The notes under the pieces: generated by a model | What the model was told of the DNA's origin: nothing | The model's input: only the letters and a program-made list of their open reading frames with translations | Databases searched by the model: none | In this document: positions 1 through 15,300 of the stretch, one piece after another | How positions within the stretch are numbered: position 1 is the first letter of the stretch | Layout: each line of letters begins with the position of its first letter | Source of the DNA: Antedon mediterranea | Taxonomy: Eukaryota; Animalia; Echinodermata | Length of the DNA: 64,000 bases | NCBI RefSeq assembly: GCF_964355755.1 | Contig: NC_092676.1 | Coordinates: forward strand, 9,587,888 to 9,651,887 | Reading direction: 5' to 3' | Made by a program: the position numbers and the translations under genes

Positions 1-192
1 CAATTTTCCTTAATTATTAATTTATTTCCATAAATATATTATGATTTGAAATCTACATGATTAAGACCACACCTTCAGGATCTATTAAAGTGTCCCTTGA
101 AAAGGGGTTTGCCTTTAATATTCTGCCCCTCGTCGTTTCAAGTTTCAGTGTCCCCTTATAGGAGTGTTCCAAAGGAGGAGTTATATACTTAC

Positions 193-324
193 ATAGTTTT
201 TATAAAGTTTATTTGCAATTCTTTTCTGAGCTGCCTCATATTTGTTAACTTGTTTTAGATTTGACTGGTTGGCGTAATACTCTGATATGTCTCCTCCTAC
301 AATAGCTTCAGTAGCGGTTGCATC
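193..324 (-). CDS. DNMBP: DNMBP exon (BAR)
   Basis: DATATEAIVGGDISEYY...KLYKNY|gtaagt; 132 nt, phase 0-0. Confidence 0.8.
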
Positions 325-3300
325 CTTAAAAAAGATTTTAAATATTGTAAAGAGATACTGTTACGCTATGCTTATGTCGACACAGAACTCAACTCAAAGG
401 AATTATATCGACTTTCGATCAACTGAACGGAACGAGCGATTATGTCGATACTGGAACTGATTGCAGCGGGCAGTGGTTACTAAAGCGTGTCACGACGCAA
501 TTCACATATTATACGCACCAGTATGTGAGAGCGCTTAATATGGAAACTGATTGCTACTGGTTACCCTTACTGCTCGCATGTCGCGATTCAAAGTGTTTTC
601 AGTTCTGAAAAAATAGTGGGGGGAGAGAAATTGAGAGGAATTGAAAGCATCTGAGCTTAATGTCTACATTTTATGTCCGCCTGTCATTTGTATTCAGTTG
701 CAGTCATTTGCTTATATGCCGACAGTTTATTTGAGGTCCTGTATCAACATAAGCGCATCTTTATTCTGTCAAAAGCATGCATCCCTTTAGTGGAAAACTA
801 ATAGGGTGGCAAACTAATAGGCTAGTAAATAGAAAGTCTGTAATGTGTTATAGATATACAATACCAAACTCTCCAAAACCAGACTTTTGTTTACGTTAAA
901 AAGTTCCAAATACATTTTACCATTAAAATTATCATAACAGGAAATAGTTTGAGAGTAGTTTATGTACTGACTGCATGAGATTTATCAATATTTTCATCTG
1001 GTTTCAGTTATGATAGATTTTTGTTTTCGTCTATTAAAGTATTAAATTGGTTTCACTATATAATAGTAGAGTTTTACAAGAATTTATTGTTGTGTTTTGA
1101 TCTGGAATCACCCAAGTCACCCCATATTTAGGTTTCCAACTAAAAGCTAAAATATGTGCAATACACATCAGGATACACAATTGTAATTATTGGTTACTAA
1201 ACATGTCAATTTTCTAAAATCTCTATGTTTGGATATTATTGTTTGAAATATTCTCACCATCAAACACATAAACATTCATCATTTGTATACTATATAATAC
1301 CTAAATAGATTCTGTTATTTGATAAATGTCCGATTTTTACGCTATTTTTGTCGGTGGAAAATTGGAGAGCGCAAGCCCTTAACAGCATATAAACAACAAT
1401 GCTTTGCGCATGCCCTTTTCTATTTTTCCTGTAATAAGTATAATACACAAACCTTAAGGTGTTCTAAATATGCATTAATATCTTTCACAAATATCTTGAT
1501 GGTTCTTTCTAAAGTGTTGAACCTTTTCTCACTTTGTTCAAACTCTTCATCTATAGTCTACAAAAATAAAAATATGAATCTACAATTTAACGACACACAA
1601 TTATAAATACATAATGTACAAAAAAAATTACATTCTGTAGTGCAAAATTATCATTATAGCTAGAGAGTACTAGAAGTTTCAAAACATTCCTCTCAAATTG
1701 TATTGTTTAGCACGATGTTCCACAAACTATGGGCCATGGTTATGAGTAGGGCCTATGTGGTTTGAAAAACATACCAAACGCCATTGATGTGCGGCTAAAC
1801 TTTCAGTGACATGCGTCTTTTGTGTTACAAAAGTTTACCTTCCGAAATAAATTACAATGCAATTTCCAGAGACCTACAGATCCATATTCTATACAGTAGA
1901 TAGATTATAACTTTGGTCCAGTCGGATAATTCGGCCCGGCTTGGTCCCGGAAACCAGATTTTAGGCAGCGAAATAAAAAGTTTGCAGACACAAAAATTAT
2001 ACTACACAATTTATTTTTAAATATCAACAGTGTTGCATTATGAGATCATATGAAAAGTGGAAAAAAAGTTAGCAAGATAACTAGGCAATCTTTGTAAACA
2101 TGTTAAAGGCTCAGGCTCACTATACCAACACGAATATGAAAAACCAATGTCGCCTATAATTACTGTGTTATATATATAAAACTATGCACTAAAAGTGTGT
2201 TTTAAAGCGTTATGACGGTACAGGAAACGTTATTCTTTGTATTGGCCAAGTTTTATTTTGAAAATCCTTGCCCTTAAAAAATAATGTCACTTTAAACTTC
2301 ATGATATGACACAAAACCGCCTGTCGCCGGCCAATTTCATAATATTCACTAGTGTAAAAATTAAATATAATCCCATTTATCATTGTAAATACTGTATATT
2401 TTGGAGCCTTACCTATACATTTAATGCATGTAAGTGAAATTTTGACAAAAAATGAGTTTTATTTAAAAAAATTCTTCAATTAAATATGTCGCACAAATGA
2501 CGTAACTTACGTTACAGACTTTAAAAAATGCATTAAATATCAATTAATAATTACCTATAAAAGTGTTTTTCTTCGTATTATATGTGATTTGTACTCTTGA
2601 TAACGATTATATTGCTTGCGCGGATGAAATATAATGTAAATACGTTATAAAATTGCCTGGAAAGTGTTAATGAAAAACGATTGGTTAAGCGATGTAACCT
2701 ACGTTACCCCATTTCTTCTTAGGATCCGGTTTGTGTACACACATGTTATAATAATTTATAAGATTAGTTACGTCAAGTTTAATTTTAAACTGATTATTTT
2801 GTTGTTGTTTTAAGATTTAATTATTTGAGCCTTTGAAGTTCATTTGAAATTTACGTTATGGTAACTTACGTTACCATATATATTGTTACTGATGAGTTTT
2901 AATATTATGGACATTTCTAAGGAATACAGATATTCTTATGATCAAGAAAACGCCCTCTGACACAATAAAAAGTTTTAACCATGTGATTCGGCAGACAGCG
3001 GCAATTTTGACCACGTTTTTATAAATACGTCTTCACAATTTCATAGTTTATTCGTCATATCAGATTTTCGAGTATATTTTAGTAAGTATTCAAATGCTTA
3101 ATTCACTAAAGATCATTTAGAACAACTTTCATAATGTTCATAATTTAGGAAATTAGACAGATATGCAAGTATGTTATTACATTGTACAATTTACACTAGT
3201 AAGCTAGCATAGGCAACAACGTAACGTAAATTACACTACATGTAACGTAGGTTACCATTTTATATACCTCATTTCTAAGACGTCTTGTTTTTTTTCTACT

Positions 3301-6300
3301 CAGTATATTCAAATAATTTAAGTTATATTATACAGGCAATAATGAACATTACCTCCAACCGGAGTTGATTTTATTTAGGGTTATTTTATGGGAAGTTTCT
3401 TTGCCCTTGATACTATGGTAACGTAAGTTTCACATTGATGTTGTATGTCTATGTTGTTGTAACATTACCGAACATAGCAATGATATTAAGATAAAATCTG
3501 TGTATATATGTTTATGAATATTCATTGTCAAACGTATGTCATGTACCTGGATACATCTTGTGTCTTTGTAATATTGATACTCACAAGTATTAATAGTAAG
3601 TTCATGGTAACGTAAGTTACATAATTTACTACATACAAAGTCAATGTATTTTTTTACATTATGGTTATTTAAAATGTAAAAATATAATTTAATATTTGTT
3701 TATTTCGATTTAATACTAATACATTTTGTTAAACACTAGGTGACACTGGTGATAATGGTAAAGTCACGAGCCGAGATTCAGGCAGCGTATCGGGAACGAC
3801 AAAAAGAGAAGCGAGGAGCAGAGTACTTGCAAGCAGAAGCAAGACGTGTAATGAAATACTATGTTCCGTCAGCAGAACTTACAACAAAAGATAGAAATGC
3901 ATGGAGAGCGACGGTGAAAAGAAGAGTACAGAAACATCGGAGGTACGTGAAGCAAGTTCAAGCCCAACTACAAGTACAACACCCAGAAGAAGCTGACGAA
4001 CCTAGTAGTAGTAATGATGATTCAGCCATATCTTCCGATGTGGTTTTACCAACTTCTCCTCTACGCATCAAGATGTCGTTTAAGAGACGTATTTCTACTC
4101 GAAAACGTGTTGGCAGAGCACTAAGTCGAGCCCATCGTCGCATCGAAAAATTAAATCTGGAGTTACAGAAAATGACCAGACAAAAAAAAACCATAAACAA
4201 GCGCTATAAAAGAGCTCTGAAGAAAGTAAATAAGAATTGCATCCCATCTACCAGTCATGACTCGTCCATGAGTAGTACTGACTCTCCAAGATCGAAAGCA
4301 AATCAGGATTTACGAAATGCAGGTACGTCACGAATGAATGTACTGTTTTATTCACGCATAATTATTATTAATAATGATAATATTGGCTATTTATAATATA
4401 GAGCAAATATCCACAAAATGTACTCAAGGCCTTATAAATGATAACTTGTTCCATGTCGTGTATGGTGATGTGAATATACGTATTTTCTTTTTCTGCCCAT
4501 TACATGCCGCTTAACCCATTATCTTCCTGAAAATATCAATTGAGATAATATTTAAATATTCTAAACCGTACTTAATTTAGTATTGATGTAATTTCCAATT
4601 TTCTAGGTATGTCACCAAGATCAGTACCCAAAGGGTTGAAAAAACAACTCCTGCTTTCACATGCACTGCTTGATGAAATAAGAGAGAGCACAGAGATAAA
4701 TCAAGGGCAGAAGGCCAGAAGAATGATTAGCAATGTTCTATCTGGAAAGATAATCAAGAAATACAGGTTAATCGCGCGTGTTTCAAGGGAGTCGGGCCTT
4801 GGTCAACGTAACCTATCCAAGACGAAAAAGCAAGGAATCACAGCTGCGAAGTATGTAAAAAAGGCGTGGGGAGTTCTTCATAATGAAGTATTAGGCTTCA
4901 TGGAAAGAGATGACAACTCCAGGATGATGCCAGGAAAACGAGATGCCTGCAAAACATCTTCTACCAAAGAAAAACGCCAGATAAGATACCTCAATGATTA
5001 CATGATGAACTTGTTTGCCAAGTACAAAAGTGAAAATCCCGAGCAACGGAAGGTTTCTTTTTCCTCGTTTAAGAAAATCCGACAAAGAAATGCTAATATT
5101 AAACTTGTCAAATTCACAGCAAGAAACACAAGTCTTTGCCAAAAACATCAGAACTTTGCCCTTCAGTTAAAGGTATTAAAATCTCTAGGTGTGATCACAA
5201 TCACAAGCCCCGATGAAGCAATCAAATCAATCACCGACACACAGATATCTGATCTTGCTAAACGTATACCAGATCAAGAGATCCAGTATGAAGAATGGAA
5301 ACGTGTCCCGGACAATTTCGGTAAGAAGAAAACTAAACTTGTTCAACAAAGAGTCGACAAAAGCACATTTGCAGACTTATTTGTAACTACAACTATTGAT
5401 TTCCGAAAACATGCACAACGGGTTACAGCACAATACACTGCTATAAGAGAGTGTAAAGAAAACCTGCAAGAAGGAGAATGCGTCATACATATGGATTTCG
5501 CTCAGAATTACACATGTGTGCCGATGGAAGAAGTGCAAAGAGCCTACTGGAATCAGACCGGTGTTACTTTACACCCTATAATTGCTTACTTTCATGATGG
5601 CGAAATTAAGCATCATAGCATGGTAGCGGTTTCAGACACCCGCGCACACAACGCTTCTACTGTGTTTGCAATTTTAAAGAAGCTGGTGCCAAAATTGAGA
5701 GGGATCTTGCCAGAATTAAAGACTATCCATTATTGGACCGATAGTCCAACATCACAATACCGGAATAAAACAATATTCTCCATCATATCTAATCACAACA
5801 TACTTTTCCATAATATTAATGCCAGCTGGGACTACTTCGAAGCTGGGCATGGAAAAGGGCCATGCGACGGCATTGGCGGAACAGTAAAACGCTTGGCGGA
5901 CGAAGCCGTAAAACGTGGTGCGGCAGTGATCCAAGATGCCCACGACTTCTTTGCTTGGGCTTGTCAAGAAAGAGAAAACTCACGCATAGAGTACTTTTTT
6001 GTTACTAATGAGGAATGTGTGGCTGCAGAATCGGAAATACAAATGAAATGGCCAAACATAAGACCTGTTCCCGGGACTACAAATCTCCATGCAGTGAGAG
6101 GCATCAGTGGAGAAGTGATGGTACGCGATGTATCTTGCTACTGTAGAGCGTGTCAAGAAACCTCTTCTGCTGATAACATGTGCCCCGGATGGATAGTCCA
6201 TAGCTTAACGAAACGTCAAAAGCAAAATACCAAGCAAAGCAGCAAAATTCAATTCCATGTTGATGATTGGGTATCGGCATTATATGATGAAGAATGGTAC

Positions 6301-9300
6301 ATCGGCAAAGTTGTTGATATAGATGATGAAGATGCGTTGGTGTCTTTTTTAAAATCTGGCAGCAGAATTAACAAGAACATATTTCAGTGGCCAAATAGTA
6401 AGGATGAAATATGGATTCCTATTGATAAAGTTATCTGCCGTGTTGAAATTGAAACAAAGGGTTGTACGGGTAGATTGTTCTACATTTCAGACCAGGAGAG
6501 GGAACGGATAAATCAAAATGTTGAAACATTAAAGGAAATGTAACTTACGTTACTAAGAAAGTTGAGACTGATATAAGCATTAGGCCAAGCAACTGTAAAG
6601 TTCACAGAATTATAATAAATAATAATAATCATATTAACCAAAACAATAGTATGTACACTAGCATTATAAAACTCACTAATTTACATTTTCATATGGGAGT
6701 TTTTATAATTATAATTACTAAAATATGCATTGAATTAATAGAAAATAAAAAAAAAGGATGATTTAATGAAACACATAATTTGTTTGCCTACTAAAGTGAT
6801 GGCAATGATCTAAAATACCAATGAGGTTTATTGTTAAAAGTTACAAATGTTGTTTTTATTTAACTATTTTGATGACGAATTCATCTTTCAATTCAGTAAT
6901 TTACGTTACTGAATACGTAATTTACGTTACTCAATTGTAACACAGTATACATTTTCTAAGAAAGATAACACCAATTTTGTCATATGACTATTTAATAGAG
7001 TACAATAATGAGTGTTATTTTATGTGAGTTTAAGACAGGAATGCATGCGGACATAGAAGAAATCAACAACAACCTTTGATTGACGACTCATTTTATTATG
7101 GATGTTAATAAAGTATAAACTATAAAATACAATATGTACTAGAGAATGTAACAATATGTAAGTTATTATACATGTTTTTGTTTGATTACATACACTATTT
7201 TATAGTTTCATATTCATAGAAATATAATGTTGTTGCTTTTATAATCGTTTACATTGAAAGTCGAAAATAAAACATGTAACGTAGGTTACAACCACGATTC
7301 CAGTTGCGATCATTCATTTTGTTGACAATTTTACATTGATAAATATTATGTGAGGAAAATAACAGAGAAGTAAATATAGATGTTGCACTTTAGTTTAGTA
7401 ACAATTATAAAATGTTTCGTCAACATTTGTTTTTGAGAATTTTCATTTCCTAATGTTGCTAATATACTGAGCCCGAGCCTAAAGTGAATAAATCTAAAAT
7501 TTGAGTGAGGCGTAAAAATGACTGAATACTGTTGTGGCATTCAGATGTAGACAAGAAGTTCGTCAAGAAATTATTTTATTGTGGGAAATCGCTGTTCTAA
7601 CACTACGTTTAGTCTTAGTTTTTACCCACTAAGTTGGCTTTATAGACCAATTATTGCTAATTTTGATGGCTATGTTACCAATTTACCCAGGCAAATAACT
7701 AGGCCTAAATGGGCCACTTCAGGGGTACTAAAAGGTAGTATTAGCCCCATTGTTTAGGAGGAAATAGAAGGCTATCACAATAACTATAATATGACTATGA
7801 TAGGTTACCTGAGCACTGAACCCTGTTAACTGAGTCCAGCGTTGATTCATTCTTTGTGTTTTCTTCTTAAAAGAATGCAGGTTAATGCGGCCTAGCTTGT
7901 CTGTTATGGCTGCTTGCTGTTTACGATATTTCATCACTGTTAACAAAAACAACCATATTGAAGAAAAGAAATCAAAGATCCTCATCAATTTTTAGATGCA
8001 GTACAGAAACAAGTCGGGAGGAGGAAAATTTGAGATTGACCTGATGTACACAGGATCAACGGCTTTACATCCCATCTAAAGTATGAGGCAATGAGAGTTA
8101 AGCATCTTGTCTAAGGATGCAATCAGTATGTTAGAGATAGGCTCGAACTCATGCCTATCACATGCTAGTCTGATATTATCATTACACCACACTCTCTCAC
8201 TCTTCGGTATACAGCCCCACCATGATTCCCAGATGGTCTCCCATCTAGAACGAAACCACGGGCCCAACATTGCTTAATAACTTTGATGATCTGACGAGAA
8301 CCAATGTTTTAACGCAAGATTCAACCAAAACAATGTCCCTATTAAGATCAACAATGATGTACAAGATGCGATGAGAATGATAGAAATTTACCTAAATCTT
8401 TTCTTCTTTTGAATTCATTAATTGATGCAGCAACATCTAGCATCGTTGTCCAGGCTTCCTTTAGTTTCTTTTTGTCTTTGTGGTTGTCTGGGGTATGCTG
8501 GAAAAAAATCAGAACCCAACTGTGGTGTCAAAGTCAAAACAAAAATCACAACCAATCTCAAGGGTTCATAACAGATGTTTCATTTCAGTGGGATACAAAA
8601 ATACTAATAAAAATTGTTATATGTTTACCTTGTCAAGTTCACCAATCAGAAGCTGGTATTTCAGTATTCTTTGAACTGGTTTTATAAGAAATGAAGCTAG
8701 ATCCCAACAATTTGTGCTTTTTCTAAAAATAAAACATTCAGTTTAAGAAATCACACTACATATTTTTATCACAGAAATTGGTTTATGGTAAGGCAATATT
8801 TTTATTAAATATTTTATTGTTTATTTTTACTCAAAAATAAAAACCTTTATAGCAGAAACCCTATTAACACTTTGACTGCCAAACACGAAGATCTTCGTTT
8901 TTGGAAACACAACGCTTGACTGCCAAAAACGAAGATCTTCGTTTTTCGCGTTTTTTTACGAAATCCGGTAGATAGGTTAATTATTGGTATATACTATAAA
9001 TATGAACACTATATTCGGTCTGGACCGTCAATATTTTACAATTTGAAAGTAACTAATCTGGTTACGAACGACTGTCAAAATGGTACCTGTCGAAATAACA
9101 AACACCGCGCATCACAGTAGCGCGTAGAGCGATGGCTTGGCGCATTGTGTATCGGTCGCGCGCCAGCTATGCCGCCGAAGCATTACAAAGGTTTTTGTGG
9201 ATTGACATGTTTGTTTGTTATCTGAATAAAAAATAATGGAGTCATTTTCAATATGAAGTCTTTAATTTTATTATTGTATGTATACTCTAATTGTTTTGGT

Positions 9301-12300
9301 GTTTTACTGAAAGTGACCGAGTTTCACGCAACAAACTTGTTTTGAAATGGTATGGCTAGTAGTACTAGGCTAGCCTAGCCCTAGTCGTAAAACGGTTCCG
9401 GACCAACTTTAGGCCTGGTTAACTAGGCCTGGTGTCTTTATTATGTGGATTTTGGCGAAACATTGATGTAAGATTTATGATTTATAAAATGTAATACATT
9501 TTTCGATAGTGATAACTTGTTTTTATAGGCCTATCGGTGCCGTGTAAGTAACTTTTTCGTTGTTTGTTGATCTCACCAGGCGATATTTTCATATTGTGAT
9601 GTCTTGCACAAAATCGCGATTTTCTCGACTTTCTTGCGCGAAACTACGAACAATTCAAAAAGTGGGTTACTTTCATTTTACTATTACGATTTACATATTG
9701 CGATTTAAAAATCGTTCTTGGTACCATTGTAAAGCTAAAATCTTTATGATTATTTTAGTCTAAATTACATATAAATCAGATCACATACATGGTTTCAATC
9801 AGCTTTAATAAAAACATCGAATTGGGCTAAAAACGCTGGCGGTGGCAGTTTCTAACTGGAAAAACCTCTGGCAGTCAAAGTGTTAAGGTGACATCTTTGA
9901 CCCTTAATGAAGTGTAGGGGTGATTGAATAGGGGTTGGCTGGACATTTTGATAGGTCAAAAATATGACCTTAATAGAGGTTCTACTGTTAAACCAAACAA
10001 GGTTACTTACCTTACTACTTCTAGTCCCTGATTGATATATTCTAAAATTTCATTGTTTTCTTCATACTGAAATAAACAAAAATTAAATTATAGCATTAGT
10101 AGGCCAAATAATGTGAACTATTTATCATATTCATAATTGAATTGCCTGTTACCATCTCCTCTGGAAAGGTATAGGTAACATAGTAGTTAGGTAAATTTAT
10201 ATATAGATGGAAAGCAATAGGTCTAAATATAGAAGCGTAGTGTTACCTTTTCTAGCAATGCTGTTGCATCATCATGATTTCTACAATACTGTTTATAGAC
10301 ATCTTCTAAATCTTTACAATGTTTCATAAAGCATTCACCTGTTGAATGTAAAATTATATTCCTTAGAATAAAAAATACTATAAATGAAAATACTGTATGT
10401 ATTACGACATACAATTTCACTTTTGATAATAAAGATTGGACATTGATTACTGAATATCAAGGAACATTCATAATTATAATAATACTATAAAACATTATCT
10501 CTCATGTACATTCTACAGTCGTCATGACCAACATCTTCATCAAATGAATGAATATCATCAACATAAGGCATGAAAAAAATAATTATGTTTCCTAATCACA
10601 GCATCAATGGGTTGTCCAGATTTTTCTATTGCATTCGACTTTGTGGCATAAATAATTGCTAACAAAATCAATCAAAATCAAAATCAATACTGGGTTAAGA
10701 TTGGAGGATGCAATAAGAAATGAACTCATACTATTTTAAATAAAAAAAAATAAATGTTCCTTTGCCATTTAGGCATGGCAAGGTTAGGCTATTAAAATAA
10801 TTCTACAGCTATACAAGATTACTGCACATCATACAATATATTAAAGATGTATTGTCCTCCCCCCAAAAAATGGAAAAATGAAGATGAAAAAAGACTCTTA
10901 ATAGGCCATTTTGCAGTTTTAATCATTTATTCACTTCCATAGAAAAAAAGGGATGATTTCATTTATACTGTATAAAGACAAAATAAACATTGAAGTATCA
11001 CCAAAAATATATTGTAAAAATTTGACAATTTTTATTTCAATTAAAAATTGTTCTTCAAATTTGTTGTCAAATTAGTATATGTGACATTGAAATGATGATG
11101 TAGGAGCGTATGTAGCACAGTGTATCGGACATTAGATTACTGATCGTGAGATCATGAGTTCAAATCCAATTCTCGCCACATTGCTTGTATCCTTAGGCAA
11201 GATACTTTACTTAAGTTTGCCTCTCTCCACCCAGGTGTATAAAATAGGATTACTAGCTGCCTTATGGGAGTATGTTTCCATACGCGTTTGAACTCGGGGT
11301 AATAATGTAAGAACTTTGAAGCATTGTTAAAGATGTATTTTCCCCCGGAAAAATAATTTTTTTTAATATTTTTGTTAAATATGCCATTTTAATGTCACAT
11401 AATAGTTATTGACTTCAACCAAAAATTGGATCGAAAAAAAAATTATTTACCTAAAAAAAATGGAATTTAAAGCAAGATCTTCAAATTGGCTGCCAGCCAA
11501 TGGATTTTTGGTTGAATTTAATCATTTATCATGTTATTTTATAAGTGAAAACATTATTTTTTCCCAATTTTTTTTCTACTGAATTGATTAACTTGATTAA
11601 AACTACAAAATAACATATGTGAAGTCTGCTTTAATTAATCCTATATTTTCATGTTTTGGGGGGGACAATACATCCAATAATAAGCGCTATATAATAATGA
11701 ATATTATTATTATATCTTTAAAATTACCAACCTATAAGTTGATCTTCAGGAGGTACAGCCATAATTGTTTCACTAAGATCTTCCAGGAACAGATTTGATA
11801 CTTCAATAACTTGATCAATGTTTCCAAACAGAACATCTAGCTCCAGGCCTTTTGTCTGAAAGTTATAACAAAAATATGTACTCAGTTAAACATACTATTA
11901 ATTAGTAGTGTAATGCAATACAAAAGTGTTGATAACAAATAAAAAAGTTTAAAAAAAAGAAAATAATAATTTATATATTTTTCTTCACAATCCCTGTATC
12001 ACAAACAAATTGTAAAAATGTCTAATATGAATAACATACTACAAACTTAAAAGTTCAAGAGTTTTAGATTATTTGTTTTCAATTTATCGAAACTCATTGG
12101 GATTTGATGATAAAAAAAAGCTGATGTTCCTTGCATACTTCAATGGTTCCAAGATTATTCGTTCAGTATTTTTACCACAGTTTTCAGCATCGGTTTTTGT
12201 GCTACATGGAATTTGAGAGAATATGAAATTCAATTATTTTTTACAATAATCACAACATGGATATTAATGGTAGAGAATAACAACTTTTAGATGTATACAG

Positions 12301-15300
12301 TTTGGTACATACACTGTATCATTAACTGTTTATGAATTATGTTTTACTATGAATTTGAATTACAGATATTATTATTATAATTGGTTAGATGTTTGTTTGC
12401 CCTACTCTGACATAATCTTGTACTTTTTAGTCAGTATATGTATGTATCTTTTAATTGGATTGCTGACAACCGACATTTCTTTGTTTTTTTTATGAAGACA
12501 AATAAAGTTTCTTATATGTTGGATGTTGAGAAGACTCGGGTGGGACACCAACCCACAACCTCCTGTCGGGAAAAAAATCTGACCAATTATTCAACTCCAA
12601 AGTTATTATATTATTATAATATATATAATAATATTTAATAATAATTATCAATTTTTAATTAGTAAAATTAGTAAGACACAAATAATATCACAATATTTTA
12701 TTAAATAAGACAATTCATTATTAGCAATAATAATATCTTACCATTTGAGATATACCATTTATTTTAAATAGGATCACACGATGCTATAAATTTAGAATTC
12801 CAATTTGTTAGTACCTGTATCATACACATTCTAAATATTTTTACGGCAATATGGTATGTTGATAAAAGTAAAGCAAAATTAGACCCGAAAAACTTAGAGA
12901 TTGTCTGGAAATATCGGGTACGGTAATATGAAAGTCTGTCCTGTTGATACATCATGGAAGTGTCAAGTAGCACAATGCCCAGCAGTAGGTGTACGGGTAG
13001 TAAAGGGGCAGTTGTACAGTATATGTTCTAGCCAGCTATATCCACAGTGGAATGGAATCCCAGCGGATTATTAGCATATCATCTATAGAATGTCAACAGT
13101 CCAACTATACTGTAAAATAAATAACCTGTGTCTTGCATCCTAACTGAGCTGAATTGCGCACAAGTGTGGAAGGCACATACAATAACTTTCTTCTCTACTA
13201 AGGGTCCTTCGTGTCGAGAGCTGCCACCAAACAGGGCTTGTTCCTCTGTCCACAACAGGGGCTAAATGGAAGAGTACACCAGGGTAACCCCCTAATCTTC
13301 CAAAAGATGAATTGGGTTCATTAAAGTACACATGAAAAAAATGTGAACACTGGACCTCCAGTTTAAGTCATTATACAAGAATACAGAACAATGGTCAAGG
13401 AGTGACTTGAACTTGTGATGGTGTGTGGCAGCCTGCCTTAACTGTTCGGCCACTCAGTCTTACTATAAGACCATGCACCATTTAAGATGTTTTTTTAAAA
13501 CAATTAAGAAATTACAAAGGTTGGTTCCCACTAGGAATAAGGATGCAATGTCACGACAAAATATCAGCAATTTGACTAATCACAACTGATTATCCAAACT
13601 GTTGCTTGCCATTGGTCAACTCGCTTGCGTTGTATCCTAGTGTGAATGAATCTTTTATGGTAGACAGGAAATCACAAAAAACATTGGAAACAGATTATTG
13701 GGCAACTTGGGAAGTTAGAGGATATTGTGTGTGAAACAATAAACTGAAACAGCAAAATGTGTTAGCCAGATTGAGAACATAAAAGGTGTGTGACCCCCTA
13801 GTACATAATCCCATTTCATTGAGTGGAGCATAAACATAAGCAACGTTTCATTTCATCATTCATTTAAATTATAGTATTCTGTAAGGTTAGATGGTAAATT
13901 ATACTAATTGAATAATAAATATCTTAAGTTGGGTAATACAAGCAGATGCAATATATTGAATCTGTACACTGTTAAATAAAAAGACAGTAAATAAAGAATA
14001 ACCAATGAAGATATGTGCTAAATAAGAATACAACATAGATGCAGTATAAGTGAGCATATTAAGAGAATAGACAAACCAATGAAAACCAACGATTGATATG
14101 ATAAAGAATGTCGAAAGAATCCCAGATAGGTAGATATTAATTAATAATATGAACAATATTAATGATTGTGTTACAAGATAAAGAACAGGTTAAAACTGCA
14201 TTGCTAAACCTCAACCTTGATGTTAAAATAAAAAGAAACCATTAGAAGGAAAGATGGAGGAGTAGTGTACATATAAATCCTGCATTAATTCCAAGCATAG
14301 AGCTTATTGAGTGATGAAAAATAAAAAAACCAACACCACTGTCCTGGTAAAAAAGATAAAGCAATCCAGTTAAATAATATATGATGTAAGAAATGCCAAG
14401 ATGATAAAATGCAATGATTTAGTGCTCCAAAATGCCAATAATAGTGAATAGTAATTGCTTTTAAGAATAGAATATTAAAAACAATCCATGAGAGGATGTA
14501 GAATTTTCGAAGCACCTTCTTTTTATCCTCTGTTTTGTCAGATGCATCTTCAACCTCCCTTGTAAGAATTGAATTTATCTCCTCCTGAAATGATAGATTA
14601 CAAAGGGCAACGGAGAAAACAAGGTTACAAAATGAAAAGGATAAATAAAACAAATGAAAATACAATGAAAATATGTACCAAAAATAAAAAAGATGTGGGG
14701 ATGGAGAGGGGAAGAAATAAGACAATATAATTTATAAATTAAACCCAGCTTTTAATGGTGCCATTGAAAATAATTTAGTCAAAAAAAGGTGATCTTGCAC
14801 AAATTTAAATTTAAAAGAATCATATACTGTACTGCAGTAACTACATATTGTTTACTCTGTGTAAAACATGTTTAAATACAAGGTTTATACATTGTTTTTG
14901 CAGTCACTGCTTCATAAACTTCTACTAAAATCATACATTACTGCAGTAAAAATTGTAGTTACTGCAGTCAAATATTTCTGATGATTCCTTATTTCTATAA
15001 AAAAAATACGCCTCTATACAAATGATACCACCATTAATTTGATTATCAAATACACAATTTTACATTCCAGAAAGGAAACAACAGAAAGTTACAATCACAA
15101 TTCGGTATGTAGACATGCATGGATGATTCTGTTGCTCCGCAGCCTTTGATATCATGTAAGGTTATCCCAAAAGTACATAAGAATGAATAGTATGAACCAT
15201 TGCCATCAGCATTTAAGTGAATGTAAACCAAAATCATCTGTATGTTTGCATAGTGAAGATAAACAATAACAAATCTGGAGTGTGCTTTTGGTACACCACA

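Noticed and set aside
1319-1606. Short plus-strand ORFs overlapping DNMBP exons (also 8409, 20557, 23942, 25784, 26660)
   Set aside because: Antisense shadows of real minus-strand exons, with no independent features.
3740-4396. Separate accessory gene (218 aa) upstream of the transposase
   Set aside because: Better explained as exon 1 of the same protein: a canonical GT-AG intron at 4323-4606 joins the frames exactly.
1660-7730. Larger outer element enclosing the Sola-like transposon
   Set aside because: The flanks look repeat-like but I could not find convincing TIRs or a TSD; the 2108-7479 boundaries have both.
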